Below are positions 53,301-64,000 of a stretch of DNA of 64,000 nt, in pieces (positions within the stretch are counted from its first letter, which is position 1; every line of letters starts with the position of its first letter). Location: contig CM041465.1 in assembly GCA_023213395.1 (NCBI GenBank), positions 204,917,741 through 204,981,740 on the forward strand, read 5' to 3'. The notes below the pieces were generated by a model. That model was not told the origin of the DNA and made no database searches. It saw only the letters and a program-made list of their open reading frames with translations. The position numbers and the translations under genes are program-made. This stretch comes from Cycas panzhihuaensis. Its lineage: Eukaryota > Plantae > Cycadophyta.

Positions 53301-54797
53301 TGTCGCAACTGATGCCCTTTCTAGAAAAGAAGAGGAACTCACATTATGCAGTATCAAATCTATTAGTCCCTTTTGGATTCAAGAAGCTCGTGAAGAATGG
53401 GAGCAAGACACAGGGACACAACAAATGATCCAGGATCTCCAAGAAGACCAAGATAGTCACGAAGGATTTTCATGGTTAGCAAATGCCTTGTGGTATAAAA
53501 ATAGATTATATTTAAGCTCACAATCCAAGCTTAAGGAGATGATTCTCCACGATGCCCATAACTCACTTGCAATTGGTTACTCTAGATTCCAAAAAGCATA
53601 TCAAAGGATTAAACAATCCTTCTATTGGAACGGGCTTAAATGGGACATAAAAAGCTGGGTCACACATTGTGAAATATGTGAAATGCAGAAAACTGAAACC
53701 ACCAAGGTCCCTAGACTATTGTAGTCTCTACCTGTGCCTGATCAAAGATGGGAAGAGATATCCATGGATTTTATCACAGGTTTACCCAAATCAAATGGAA
53801 AAGATGCAATCCTTGTTGTGGTGGATAGGTTGACAAAATATGCCCATTTTTGTGGCATCCAATCTACTTATAAGGCGAAATAAATTGCTGAAATATTCTT
53901 GAAGGAAATACATTGACTCCATGGAATGCCAAAAATGATTGTTAGTGACAGGGATCCTAAATTTGCTGGCCTCTTTTGGATAGAACTCTTCTAAATGCTT
54001 AGCACCAAGCTAACCATGAGCTCATCCTACCACCGACAATTGGATAAACAAATAGAGGTAGTCAACTAGTGTTTGGAGGGATATCTTCGTTGTTGCGTTT
54101 TAAATAAATAGAATCATTGGTATCGATGGCTTCCTCTAGCAGAATGGTGGTACAATACAACTTATCATATGTCCACAAAAATGACCCCATTCTAGGCATT
54201 ATATGGGTATCCACCACCAACCATCCAGAATTATGCCATGGAGACTTCAATGGTGCAAGCAGTGGAGGAGCATCTACAACAACAAGCTAAAGTACTTCGG
54301 ATACTAAAAGATAACTTCAACTTGGCTCAATATAGGATGAACCAAGAATCAAACAAAAAATGAAGTGAGCAGGAGTTCCAACTAGGTGATTGGGTCTACC
54401 TTTGCCTATAACCTTACAAGCAAGCATCACTTAAAAGAGATACCAAACACAAGCTTGGGCCAAGATTTTACGGGGCATATCCGGTCCTCAAGCATGTGGA
54501 CGAGGTGGCCTATGCCTTGGGGTTGCCAATAACATCCAAAATCCATAATGTCTTTCATGCATCCTATTTGAAAAGGGTCATCGGCCAACAAGCACTGGCA
54601 TAGACTGAACTCCCACTCTTGGATGATAAAGGGAAACTCCAGTTGATACCAGAACAAATCCTTGAGGTAAGGATGCAACACTTATGTTCTCGATAGATCA
54701 AGGAGTATCTCATCAAATGGAAGCAATTGCCATGGGAAGATTCAACATGAGAAGGTGATCAGATTGTCCAAGAATATCCAAAATTAATTAAGCTTTG
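50383..54797 (+). pseudogene. Gypsy E gag-pol pseudogene with chromodomain
   Basis: Gag PKVELKKFNG, protease LIDLGST, RT LDLRSGYHQ/FFDDILIYS, RNase H, integrase [13 protein letters not shown], chromodomain EYLIKWKQLPWEDST. Confidence 0.95.
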
Positions 54798-56095
54798 AGG
54801 ACAAAGTTTTTTTAAGTGGGGGAACTTGTTATGTACCCAATCCCCTTTCAATATATCTGCCTTCTTTCTCTTTTCTCTTCAATGTATCTTTTTCTTCTTC
54901 TTCTCCTTCTTCCTCTTCACTAGTCTCTTATTGTATTTATCCCACATGCATGAGTCAAGAGGGATGGACAACCTTAGTAGCTTTATATATATGTACACTC
55001 CACTCTTGTATGGGACACTTTTGAGCATTGAGATATTGTGTATTAGGAGGTTGCCCCCTTGAAGTGGCCAAACAATACAAGGAGATCTTGTGCTTGTGAA
55101 AACTTTCTTGTGGAGATTTAACCTTCTAGGGAGATTTGACAATTATTGGAATGAAGTTCATTGCAAGGACTAGATCCATTACAATGTGATTATCATAATG
55201 TCTCCCAATGGAAGACATCGCTTCTTGGTCGGGTGGCATAACAATTGGTCATTGAGTTGGAAAGTAGAACACGTAGGACACCTCTAGTCTTGGGACAGTT
55301 GTAGCAATTGGAAACTCAATTGCTTGAGACCTAGAAGCAGTTACCAGTAATTGAAGAGAAATTAGATTTTTTATGTCAATTCATTCTAGAGTGGGTTGAT
55401 GATGTCTCCAACATTTGGAGTAAAACAAAGCAATTCAAGAAACAATCTGTATTGCAAATTGCAGATGGGTTGGAGGAAGTTATTTTTAGACTAGGTGCTT
55501 GGATTTTTAAAATTGGTGAGGGCTCTAAGGAGTATAGTGAATTGTGGAGGGTAATTCATGGTTTGAAAAGTAAGCGAAAAACACCACAAACATTAATCTT
55601 GAGTTCTATACTGAAGTGGCTGCTCTACAATTAGGTGAATTACCCCATGTTAAGCAGTTAGAAACCCAATAAAATGTTTTGCATTTGTATGATTTTATTT
55701 ATTTTGAACATTTATGTCCACCTCCGAAATTGAATAACTAGATCTTGTGGCACTAAATCAAGCTTGGAATCAATTAAAGTAGGATCAAAAGGACGTGAAG
55801 AGAGCTTTGGTTGAACATGTCATATAAAAGGAAGAAATTTTTGTAGTCGTTGATTCAAATTTTTGGAGGATGAGGAAGAGAATGAGATTTGAAAATTTTT
55901 GAATTTTTAGGTTCAGTGAGGGCATTCGATAGACTTGCGACGGGGGAGATGTGTGTAGGCTGATTGACTATAGTTTTCATTATATTTTGAAATTATGATC
56001 AAGCTTGGAGATCACAATCATGATCACGATCAGACTTGTTGATTGTGATCATAGCAATTGATCGGGTCCTCCGATTATGGTCATGAAATTGAAAG

Positions 56096-57290
56096 TGTAA
56101 CTCCTCTTATTATTTTTTAACAAATAGACAATTATAATTATCTATCATATATATCAATGTATAAATCAAAGTATATCTTAGTTTTAGGGTTTTGTTCTTC
56201 TCATTATATGTAATTGGTTGATTGCCATCATCTTTTTATTCTGGCTTGAACTCTTCCTATGCATTGTTTTAGGGGTTGCATCTAGTTGTGAGAGAACCAG
56301 ATGTAGTCCCCTCCTTTTGATAATAAAGAAGCAATTGGTTTTGCACACGGAAATGATTTGTGTTGTTGACATTCTTCATATTGCATGCGATGTAAGTTTG
56401 TAGGTTGAGAAGCACACACAACAATAGGCTATAGATGCATATGTAAGTAAGCATGTTGGGGAATCATAACATTCTATAATTCAACAGTTAACCATGTGGG
56501 GTTCTTCTACACAAGGTGATCAACAAGTAGATCCAACTTCATTTTACAATTGTTTTGTAGGAGCATCTATGGATGGTGACATTGGTAGAACTACACAAGG
56601 TTTGAATTAATATGGTGGTCTATGTGGAGGAGTTGATGGAACTTCAACCTTAAATAATTCTAAGCAATTGAAGGGAGGAAGTGGGGGTAGGATGAAGGTA
56701 GTTGATAGATGTTAATGTTTATGACAATAAGTAGGGAATGAAACACCTGTGTCTAAGTTGAGTAAGTAGATCTACAAATTTGCTAACATATGTGAATTAG
56801 TGGTTTATTGAGGTAGAACAAGAGAATGTAGTTATAGTGCAGTACACATTGGATAAGCTCAAGGAGACGTTGTCCTTATGTAGTTCAAGCTAAAATGGAA
56901 ATTCCAAAGAGCATATTAAGAACATGCATCCTATATGAATAGGAGGAAAGAACTACAACAAGAGTAATTTATATTTTGTTGGGAACATGGATAATCAAAG
57001 CATGCAAAGAAAGGTGACAACCGTGCATGTAAACTAGGTAGTGATGAGAGCTTTTAACATTTCTTCTTTGCATATTTGAATGCAATGAAGATTCTACAAC
57101 AATATGAAGGGAATGGTTGGCATGGCACAAGTCGCATAGATACGGTTATGGCAACAATAATGGCAAAATAAGGGAGATAAAATAGTTTGGAGAGAAACCA
57201 ACGGCTACTAAGGCTATCCTTGCATGAATTCTCTCAACATTTAGTAAGTCTACTGAGGACCTACTCGTGAGGTGCTCCACTCAAAAAGAA
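56096..57290 (+). mobile_element. Possible degenerate LTR (about 56096-56525) and Gypsy gag remnant
   Basis: TGTAAC...TCAACA boundaries and a weak gag-like trace; no clear PBS. Confidence 0.25.
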
Positions 57291-57749
57291 GAATGTTGAC
57301 ATTGATGCCTTTTTACTGGCATCTTGATTTCATCTCTATCTTGAACATTCTTGCATTTGCCTTCGTGTCTTCCCCAACATGCTCTCACACACTCAACAAT
57401 TATAAATAAACAAATAAAATGAGTAATAAGGGTTTGACACAATAGAACCAATCATAAATAATTCATGCTCATTATAAAGTCTCTCTAAAAGTCTCCCCCA
57501 TTACATTAAAATCCATGAAATTTATACATAAAAAAATTGGGTACATCAGTTGGTCGTTGGCCAACTCACTTCCTTATCCCAACTCTTGGTCACCTAAACT
57601 AAACATGTGACTAGGGTCTATATATAAAAGGGACTACTGGCTAAAACCAAGATAAGCTATGAAATACAACATAAACATGATAAATGGGCTCCATGGCCAA
57701 TTGTATGCACTTAAAAACAGTTATAAGGCCTGTAAATAAACATGTGCAT

Positions 57750-58018
57750 CAAGAACCTCATTTGCTTATGGCATGTATAAGAGCCAACATTTTTTTGTAA
57801 TAAATGTGTTTAAATTGTTCCTTCCCTTTGAATTTCTTGATCTTGTATGTTATTGGTTTATTGTCTTGCACGAGAACCACTCATAGTCCTTCACCTGAAG
57901 CATTGCATTCCAAAACAAATGACTTTGAGAAATCTAGTATGGCAAGCATTGGAGGGATTGCCATCTATTGTTTTAAGTCCTAGAAAGCCTTTTCTGCTTG
58001 ATCATCCCATACAAAGAC
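57750..58018 (-). pseudogene. Gypsy G RT-RH linker/RNase H fragment (distal part, split by element F)
   Basis: VFVWDDQAEKAF*DLK...LDFSKSFVLECNASGEGL...YYKKMLALIHA. Confidence 0.85.
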
Positions 58019-61000
58019 TGTTAAATTTTAATATGGAAGGCATCAATCACCACATACGCCACAAGAGCGATAACCAAACATAACTTTCACTTCATTAATA
58101 TAAGCATAACTCTAATACATCAAGGACTCAATATGAGTCGCTATGATGACTTGACTTTTATATTACCTTCAGCCACCTTTATATATGGAACAGGTGAGAG
58201 GGTATACATCAAAAGTAATGCATGTGGGACTATTGTTTTTACCCAAACTGACTTAACTAATGACATATCACTCTAATATTATTGACCCTAAGACAAGTTA
58301 AACATTATACTCTAACACCTCCCCTTAATGTTTAATGTTTGAATTAAGGACAATTTGACATGACTAACACACATTAACATGGGACTTGACTTGAGTTTGA
58401 GACTACAGAAACTAAAAACAACATGACAAAATTGACATAGAGCTCGACTTTAAAAAGTTATTTGAACTTCCATCTCCTGAGCGTTGGAATTTTCCTGAAG
58501 ATGATGTCTTGAGCTTCATCTTCATCCAATGGACTGCAAACCTTGTATGCCTTGTTTGCTATATTGCCTTCTGATTCCTGTTTGATGGATCTTCCTGTGT
58601 ACTCCTGGTGAAGGTGTGGTCGTCCTGGAGTAAGTATGAAGTAAATTGACTTCTCTTTATCTGTTTCCAAGCCTGCTGAGCTGATTGATTTCTCGATCCA
58701 TTGATCACCTCCTTGAAATGAAGTAAACAATAATGATCCATTTCCAAATTTTCCTTGAACAAGATGCTTTGTTCCTTTTATGTTATCCAGGAAATTTGTA
58801 GTGCCAAAAGTGATGAGAGTCTTCATTATGGTCATATGCACATATTTCCCTATTATTGCTACACAAATGTGAAAGATTACCTTGATACGGTTGAGCTTCA
58901 AGATCAAGTATCCTATCCAAAACATGTAGCAATCTTGATGCACAGGGTTTTGATTATAAGATATTATTCTCATGTTCCTTCTTTTTAATATCTTTGTAGG
59001 GTATGCTACTATAATTTGGATTCTCTCAAAGATAAACATAGAAGATGCGGTTGAATTGAGTACAATAACGCATAGTCTCCAATAAGTGCATATTAATGTG
59101 TATCCTATCATTATTTGAATCCTGGCTACATATCTGTCAGCACAAACCAGGATGATATTGCTCATCCTTTTTGTTAAGTGACCTGCGCCTTCGTTAAGTA
59201 TTACCTGCAGGGATTGAGGTTCAAGTTCTTCAAGTTCCACTCTACTAGCATTCCCAGATGTGAGCTTTCCTACAATCTTGGTGAGGCTCATGTTATTTGA
59301 CAGATTCACATCTTCATTGTCTTCATTAGATTTCAACTTTTCATTTGTTAGGTCTTTAGGTGGATTGGCCTTACCAGAATCAGTTTGTCTTTTACCTTTT
59401 CTTTTCAACTTCTTCCTTTGGTTCCATAACCTTCTGATACATTTCTGCACTTCTTCAGGTCCTTGTTCATGTACGTCTGCTAGCAAGTTCCACGCCTCTT
59501 CAGCTGAGGTCATATTTTGAAGTGTTTGCGCAAGAAAGTGATATGAAGAGTGGAGGTTCTCCTTGTCGAAGGCTGCAATCATGGCATCAATGACTACTCT
59601 ATTTTTCTTCATGAAGTTTGCCTCCCCTTCATCATTAATTGAAACTCTTCCAAGTACAAGGTTCCATAGCCTTTTTATTCTAAAAACACATTCCATCTTA
59701 ATTTTCCATATTCGAAAATTGACTCCAACATATTCAGGTAACACTATGTTGGTGTCTGTTACCCAAAACTCCATTTTTTCTGCTACAAAGGTAATAACCT
59801 CACTTAACTCCATATATGGCTAAGTTGAACTAGAGAATATTACCCAAGGAAGATTTGCCCTGATAAATATTTGAGGTGAGCTGTCACAGCAGAATTGTCC
59901 CCACCAATCTTGAAAGATCTAGTTGATCTATGCAATCCTTGAGAAAACACTCTATGGTTCACAAAGGCACCAGGTCTTCTTGTGATAGCTTTCTTCCATG
60001 CTTATTGCATCAAAACCTCCACGGTTTGCAAGGACATTCCACTTTAAAGGTTCTCTGGCTTCAGATGTAGGCCTCCAGGAATTCAAGACAATGGTCTCAC
60101 CTTCGGGGGCTCTCTGCCGACTCCAATGGACAAGAAAAACCAAACATCTCTAACAGGGATCCACCTACCAAGGAGAAACACCTCAACAACCAGCCTTGAC
60201 CAAATTAAGCCAACTTTAGTTAGACGGACTAAGATCTTAATCTTTACGGATCTGAAGAACCCCTAATGCCATTCAGTCCACACGGCTAGATTTCCGTGGT
60301 AACCCACACGGTTGCGGACACCGTTTTTCTGGGACAGATTCTATCTTGAATTACTACTGGGGACACCTAGGAGCAATACTGACCTTGGAAGATCTCCTCC
60401 ACAACTCAACTTGGCAAATGTCTTAACGGAGTCTCCTTCTTGCTGGCATGCAAGCTGCAGTTACACTAATGTGGAAGCATGATGCACGAATTCTTCACTT
60501 CCCATACAGATTACCACATTTGAGTTTTTTTTTTTTTTTTCTTCAATTTCTCCAGTCCTGAGACTGTAGAGCGTCAGGCAGATCCTACCTTGCACTGCTA
60601 TTCATTTTCTGCAGGGAAGAAGATTGCTATTGTGAAGCTGGTGTAGAAGAGATGGATGGATTGGGAATTGATCATACAGTGTCAAGAACAGTAGACTTTT
60701 CTTCTGAGACCATAATTGACGGAGAGGATGTAGACTGAGATAGAGAGAAAAATAAGAAGTCTCAGCTTGAAAAAGGCTATATGGTGCCGTATTCGATGAT
60801 TCAACCTCTCAGCTGTCTGTCAAATCAGGGGACTCTGGGAAAGAGAATAAGATGGAGGATATGGATACAATTACTGAAATTACAGAAGCAGATGAGCTTC
60901 AGGAACATGCAATGCCAGTGGAAAATTTTGAGTCTGAAGAGGCTACAAAGGATAACAGAGGGGCGACACCACTGTACATGAAAGAGGTAGAAACACGGTT

Positions 61001-62843
61001 TCCCAAATCCAAAAGTCAAGGCTTTCTCAGAATTCAAATCCTTCGTCAAAGCGAGTGCCAAGGGCTGCTTCAAACAATTCACTTCATCGAGCAGTTATCA
61101 GTGGAACTGTGTGGTCTGAAATTGACCTTTACGTAGAGATTTGCTTCACAGTAATAGGATGACAGGCAATTCTTCAATCTCTATATCTCTGACCAGTAAC
61201 TCTTCCATGACACATATCTTGCTTCAATGGTGTTGATTCTTCTGACTGAGTTTGACTCTGCAAGTCTGAGAGGCAAAGGTTTTGATTTCCACGCCTTAAT
61301 TCTCCAACCGATTTCCAAATGCGTGCATGCTTGTCTTTTCTTATCGTATATAAGTACTGCTGACACGATCTCACCTTCTTGGTATCCCAGACATTGGAAT
61401 GTCGCAGATACAAAGCAGGAACACCATGTGAATATGCTCAGGTACTGCTAAGCAAGTTTATTACTGATCTTTGAGCCACATAGATTTGACGAACACCTCT
61501 TTGATTTTTAGGGTATCAACTCCATGAGCTCTGTTGCTTTTATTGCCCTCTGTTATGGTTGTTTGCACTTCATGGCTGAATTCAGTCCCTTCGCAGCAGC
61601 AACACCTTGCAGGAAAACTCCTGACTTCGACTTGAATGTTTCTTCTTTGCCCTTGTCTTGTCCTCCTCCGTCTTTTAATCACCGATCTGGTGGATTGCCT
61701 GAAGGAGACAGGTCAACATCATGGCACTGCCCAGCTGAAAGAAATGGATTGAAGCTTTGAAACGGCAACGAAACTTGTATATTTCAGAGGAAGCGGTTTG
61801 GCTAGAACTGCAAGCGATCGTCTTACAAGGACGGATTTTGGCCCAGGCCCACACGGCTCAACACGCGCTTCAAATTTGTATTTTCCACAATCTCTGAGAA
61901 ACAAAGGCGCCTTCGTTGAGAATATACTGTGGTGTTATCATTTGGCAAATGCAGATCACTCGCATAGCTTGAAGACGCAGACGCAGCAAGACCAACCTAT
62001 CTCTAGTGAGTTATGATAATCCATACAGCTGAAGAAACATGTAATTTGACGTGCTTGTCCACTGTGATCAATATCATCAGATTTCTATCTCAAGCGGAAA
62101 CTTCCAATTAGAAGGATGAGTACAGACTTCCCCTTTTTTGTTTGGAGGATTCTTCATGTACACAGGGCTCTCTTGCAATCTGGGCATCATTCACATGCAG
62201 GGAGCCTCTTACTATGGGTGCTTCATATTAATACAGCCAGAACCTTTATTGATGACAACCTCCCTTTTGTCTTATATTACCGAGTTACGTTTTGCATTTT
62301 AGGCTCACAATAGAGTAAACTCTAAACAACAGATTTTCTCCAACAATGCTAGGGCTACATAACAAGGGAAAGGAATGATATTAGCCGGTAAAATTCTTGA
62401 TTTGTATTAGCAATGGCCTTGAGACTTCTTTTTCAATTCGATCTCCAATCTAGCAATGACTTGATGGTCCCACCTCACTTTTGTCCTTTATTAAACTTCT
62501 CCTCTCTCAATCTTGTTCTGGAAGAAAGGCCTGCTCTGATACCATGTTAAATTTTAATATGGAAGGCATCAATCACAACATACACCACAAGACCGATAAC
62601 CAAACATAACCTTCATTTCATTAATATGAGCATAACTCTAATACATCAAGGACTCAATATGAGTTGCTATGATGACTTGACTTTTATATTACCTTCAGCC
62701 ACCTTTATATATGGAATAGGTGAGAGGGTATACATCAAAAGTAATGCATGTGGGACTATTGCTTTTACCCAAACTGACTTAACTAATGACAAATCACTCT
62801 AATACTATTGACCCTAAGACTCATTAAACATTATATTCTAACA
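58019..62843 (-). mobile_element. Non-autonomous LTR retrotransposon F (Gag-only, TR-GAG/LARD-like)
   Basis: 299-bp LTRs at 58019-58317 and 62545-62843 (about 95% identical), perfect AAGAC TSD, PBS GCTCTGATACCA at 62533-62544, PPT at 58318-58327; no pol motifs. Confidence 0.93.
58458..59813 (-). CDS. 451-aa Copia-type Gag N-terminal domain fused to unrelated sequence
   Basis: VNFRIWKIKMECVFRIKRLWNLV and TSAEEAWNLL match the DUF4219/Retrotran_gag_2 pattern. The ORF is uninterrupted and has no CCHC knuckle or protease. Confidence 0.7.
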   Translation of the reverse strand: MELSEVITFVAEKMEFWVTDTNIVLPEYVGVNFRIWKIKMECVFRIKRLWNLVLGRVSINDEGEANFMKKNRVVIDAMIAAFDKENLHSSYHFLAQTLQNMTSAEEAWNLLADVHEQGPEEVQKCIRRLWNQRKKLKRKGKRQTDSGKANPPKDLTNEKLKSNEDNEDVNLSNNMSLTKIVGKLTSGNASRVELEELEPQSLQVILNEGAGHLTKRMSNIILVCADRYVARIQIMIGYTLICTYWRLCVIVLNSTASSMFIFERIQIIVAYPTKILKRRNMRIISYNQNPVHQDCYMFWIGYLILKLNRIKVIFHICVAIIGKYVHMTIMKTLITFGTTNFLDNIKGTKHLVQGKFGNGSLLFTSFQGGDQWIEKSISSAGLETDKEKSIYFILTPGRPHLHQEYTGRSIKQESEGNIANKAYKVCSPLDEDEAQDIIFRKIPTLRRWKFK

Positions 62844-64000
62844 AAGACATATTCTTTTGGTAACATTTATAAGGGAAGCTGATATGTGGGCATAACTCTT
62901 GACAAATTTCCTATAAAAACACATTGCTCCAAGAAATGTTCTCACTTTGGACACATTTTTTGGTGTTCGCCATTCCAACATAGCCTGGATCTTCCTTGGT
63001 TCCACTTTGACACCCTCAATTGAAATGATGCGACCCAAATATTCTAGTTCATACCTTCCGTATGTGCATTTGGCCTTCTTTGCAAATGGAGCATTATCTT
63101 GTAGAATTTGAAGCACCTATTTGACATGTTGCACGTGTTCTTTCCAACTTTTGTTATAAACCAACTTGTCATTAGAGAACACTCAAACAAACTTCCTAAG
63201 ATATGGTCAAAGTACCTTGTTCATTGTGGCTTGGAATGTTGCGAGAGCATTTGGTAGTCTAAATGGCATCACCCTGAACTCGTAGTGGCCTTCATGTGTG
63301 TAGAAAGCTATCTTAGGTGTGGCCTTGGGTCTTATTCAAATCTAACAATAGCTTGATTGAAGATCAATCTTGTTCAAGATTTGCGCTCCATGCATTTCAT
63401 TCAAGAGATCTTCTATACAAGGGATGAGAAATTGATTCTTGATAGTGGCATGCGGTTAATGCACATCCTAAATGATCCCTCCTTCTTGGTACCAAGATTA
63501 TTGGTGCTGCAAATGGGCTCTTGCTTGGTATGATGGTGCCTTGATCCAACAGTTCTTGAGTCCATTTTTTCGTCATAGCCTTGTGGTGATATGAATGCTT
63601 ACAGGGTTGAGCATTGATTGGAACTTTACTTGGTTCAAGCTCAATGATGTGCTTCATTCCATAATTAGGTGGTAATTCCTTTGGTGGATCCTCAAACACC
63701 TTTGGGAAGTCACTAAGAACTAACTATATTTTTGGGTGAGCCTCTAAATTTGTTGGAATTGAGTTGCCTAGCAATTGGCAACATACCCCTATAAGGCCTT
63801 CTTTAATATCTTCTCCCCTTAATGGGACAACAGTAGATGATTTGGTGGTGTGGGTGGAGTTTGCAACTTCTATTATTTCCTATTTTGGCAAAATATCATG
63901 AACACTCTATTGTAATTTACGATGAATGTTCTAAGTGTTCTTAATCATTGGGCCTCGAGGACTACATCTACCACCCCAATTGGCCTAGCAAAACTTAGAG
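62844..64000 (-). pseudogene. Gypsy G protease-end/RT pseudogene (runs off the window)
   Basis: [37 protein letters not shown] and LEYLGRIIS..GV motifs. Confidence 0.9.

Larger units (their letters stand above)
43732..55141 (+). mobile_element. Chromoviral Gypsy element E with Copia D nested in its 5' end
   Basis: LTR match between 43732-44042 and 54827-55141; PPT AAGTGGGGGAAC before 54827. Confidence 0.9.

Overview
This is eukaryotic, gene-poor intergenic DNA from a large-genome land plant. A gymnosperm-type genome is my inference from the strong CG/CHG depletion and the many C>T/G>A nonsense mutations. I found no intact host gene. The window is a deep nest of retroelements: several Ty1/Copia elements (two copies of one family, at 14997-21256 minus and 44039-50085 plus), several Ty3/Gypsy elements (two with a visible chromodomain), solo or orphan LTRs, and degenerate L1-type LINE pieces. 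Six things stand out. (i) A TSD-flanked non-autonomous LTR element (58019-62843) has an intact 451-aa Gag-fusion ORF, no pol, and about 2.7 kb of non-retroelement-looking cargo. (ii) A CpG-retaining, apparently single-copy island (about 27.4-29.6 kb) carries five convergently arranged GGTCACRYG motifs. (iii) An LTR pair has 3' ends containing tandemly captured primer-binding sites. (iv) There is a hybrid Gypsy/Copia LTR. (v) There is a 2-kb tandem duplication containing a 34-bp periodic array. (vi) A 5-kb stretch of unassigned antisense ORF remnants lies at 29.6-34.7 kb. All identities and counts are by-eye estimates; no database searches were run.
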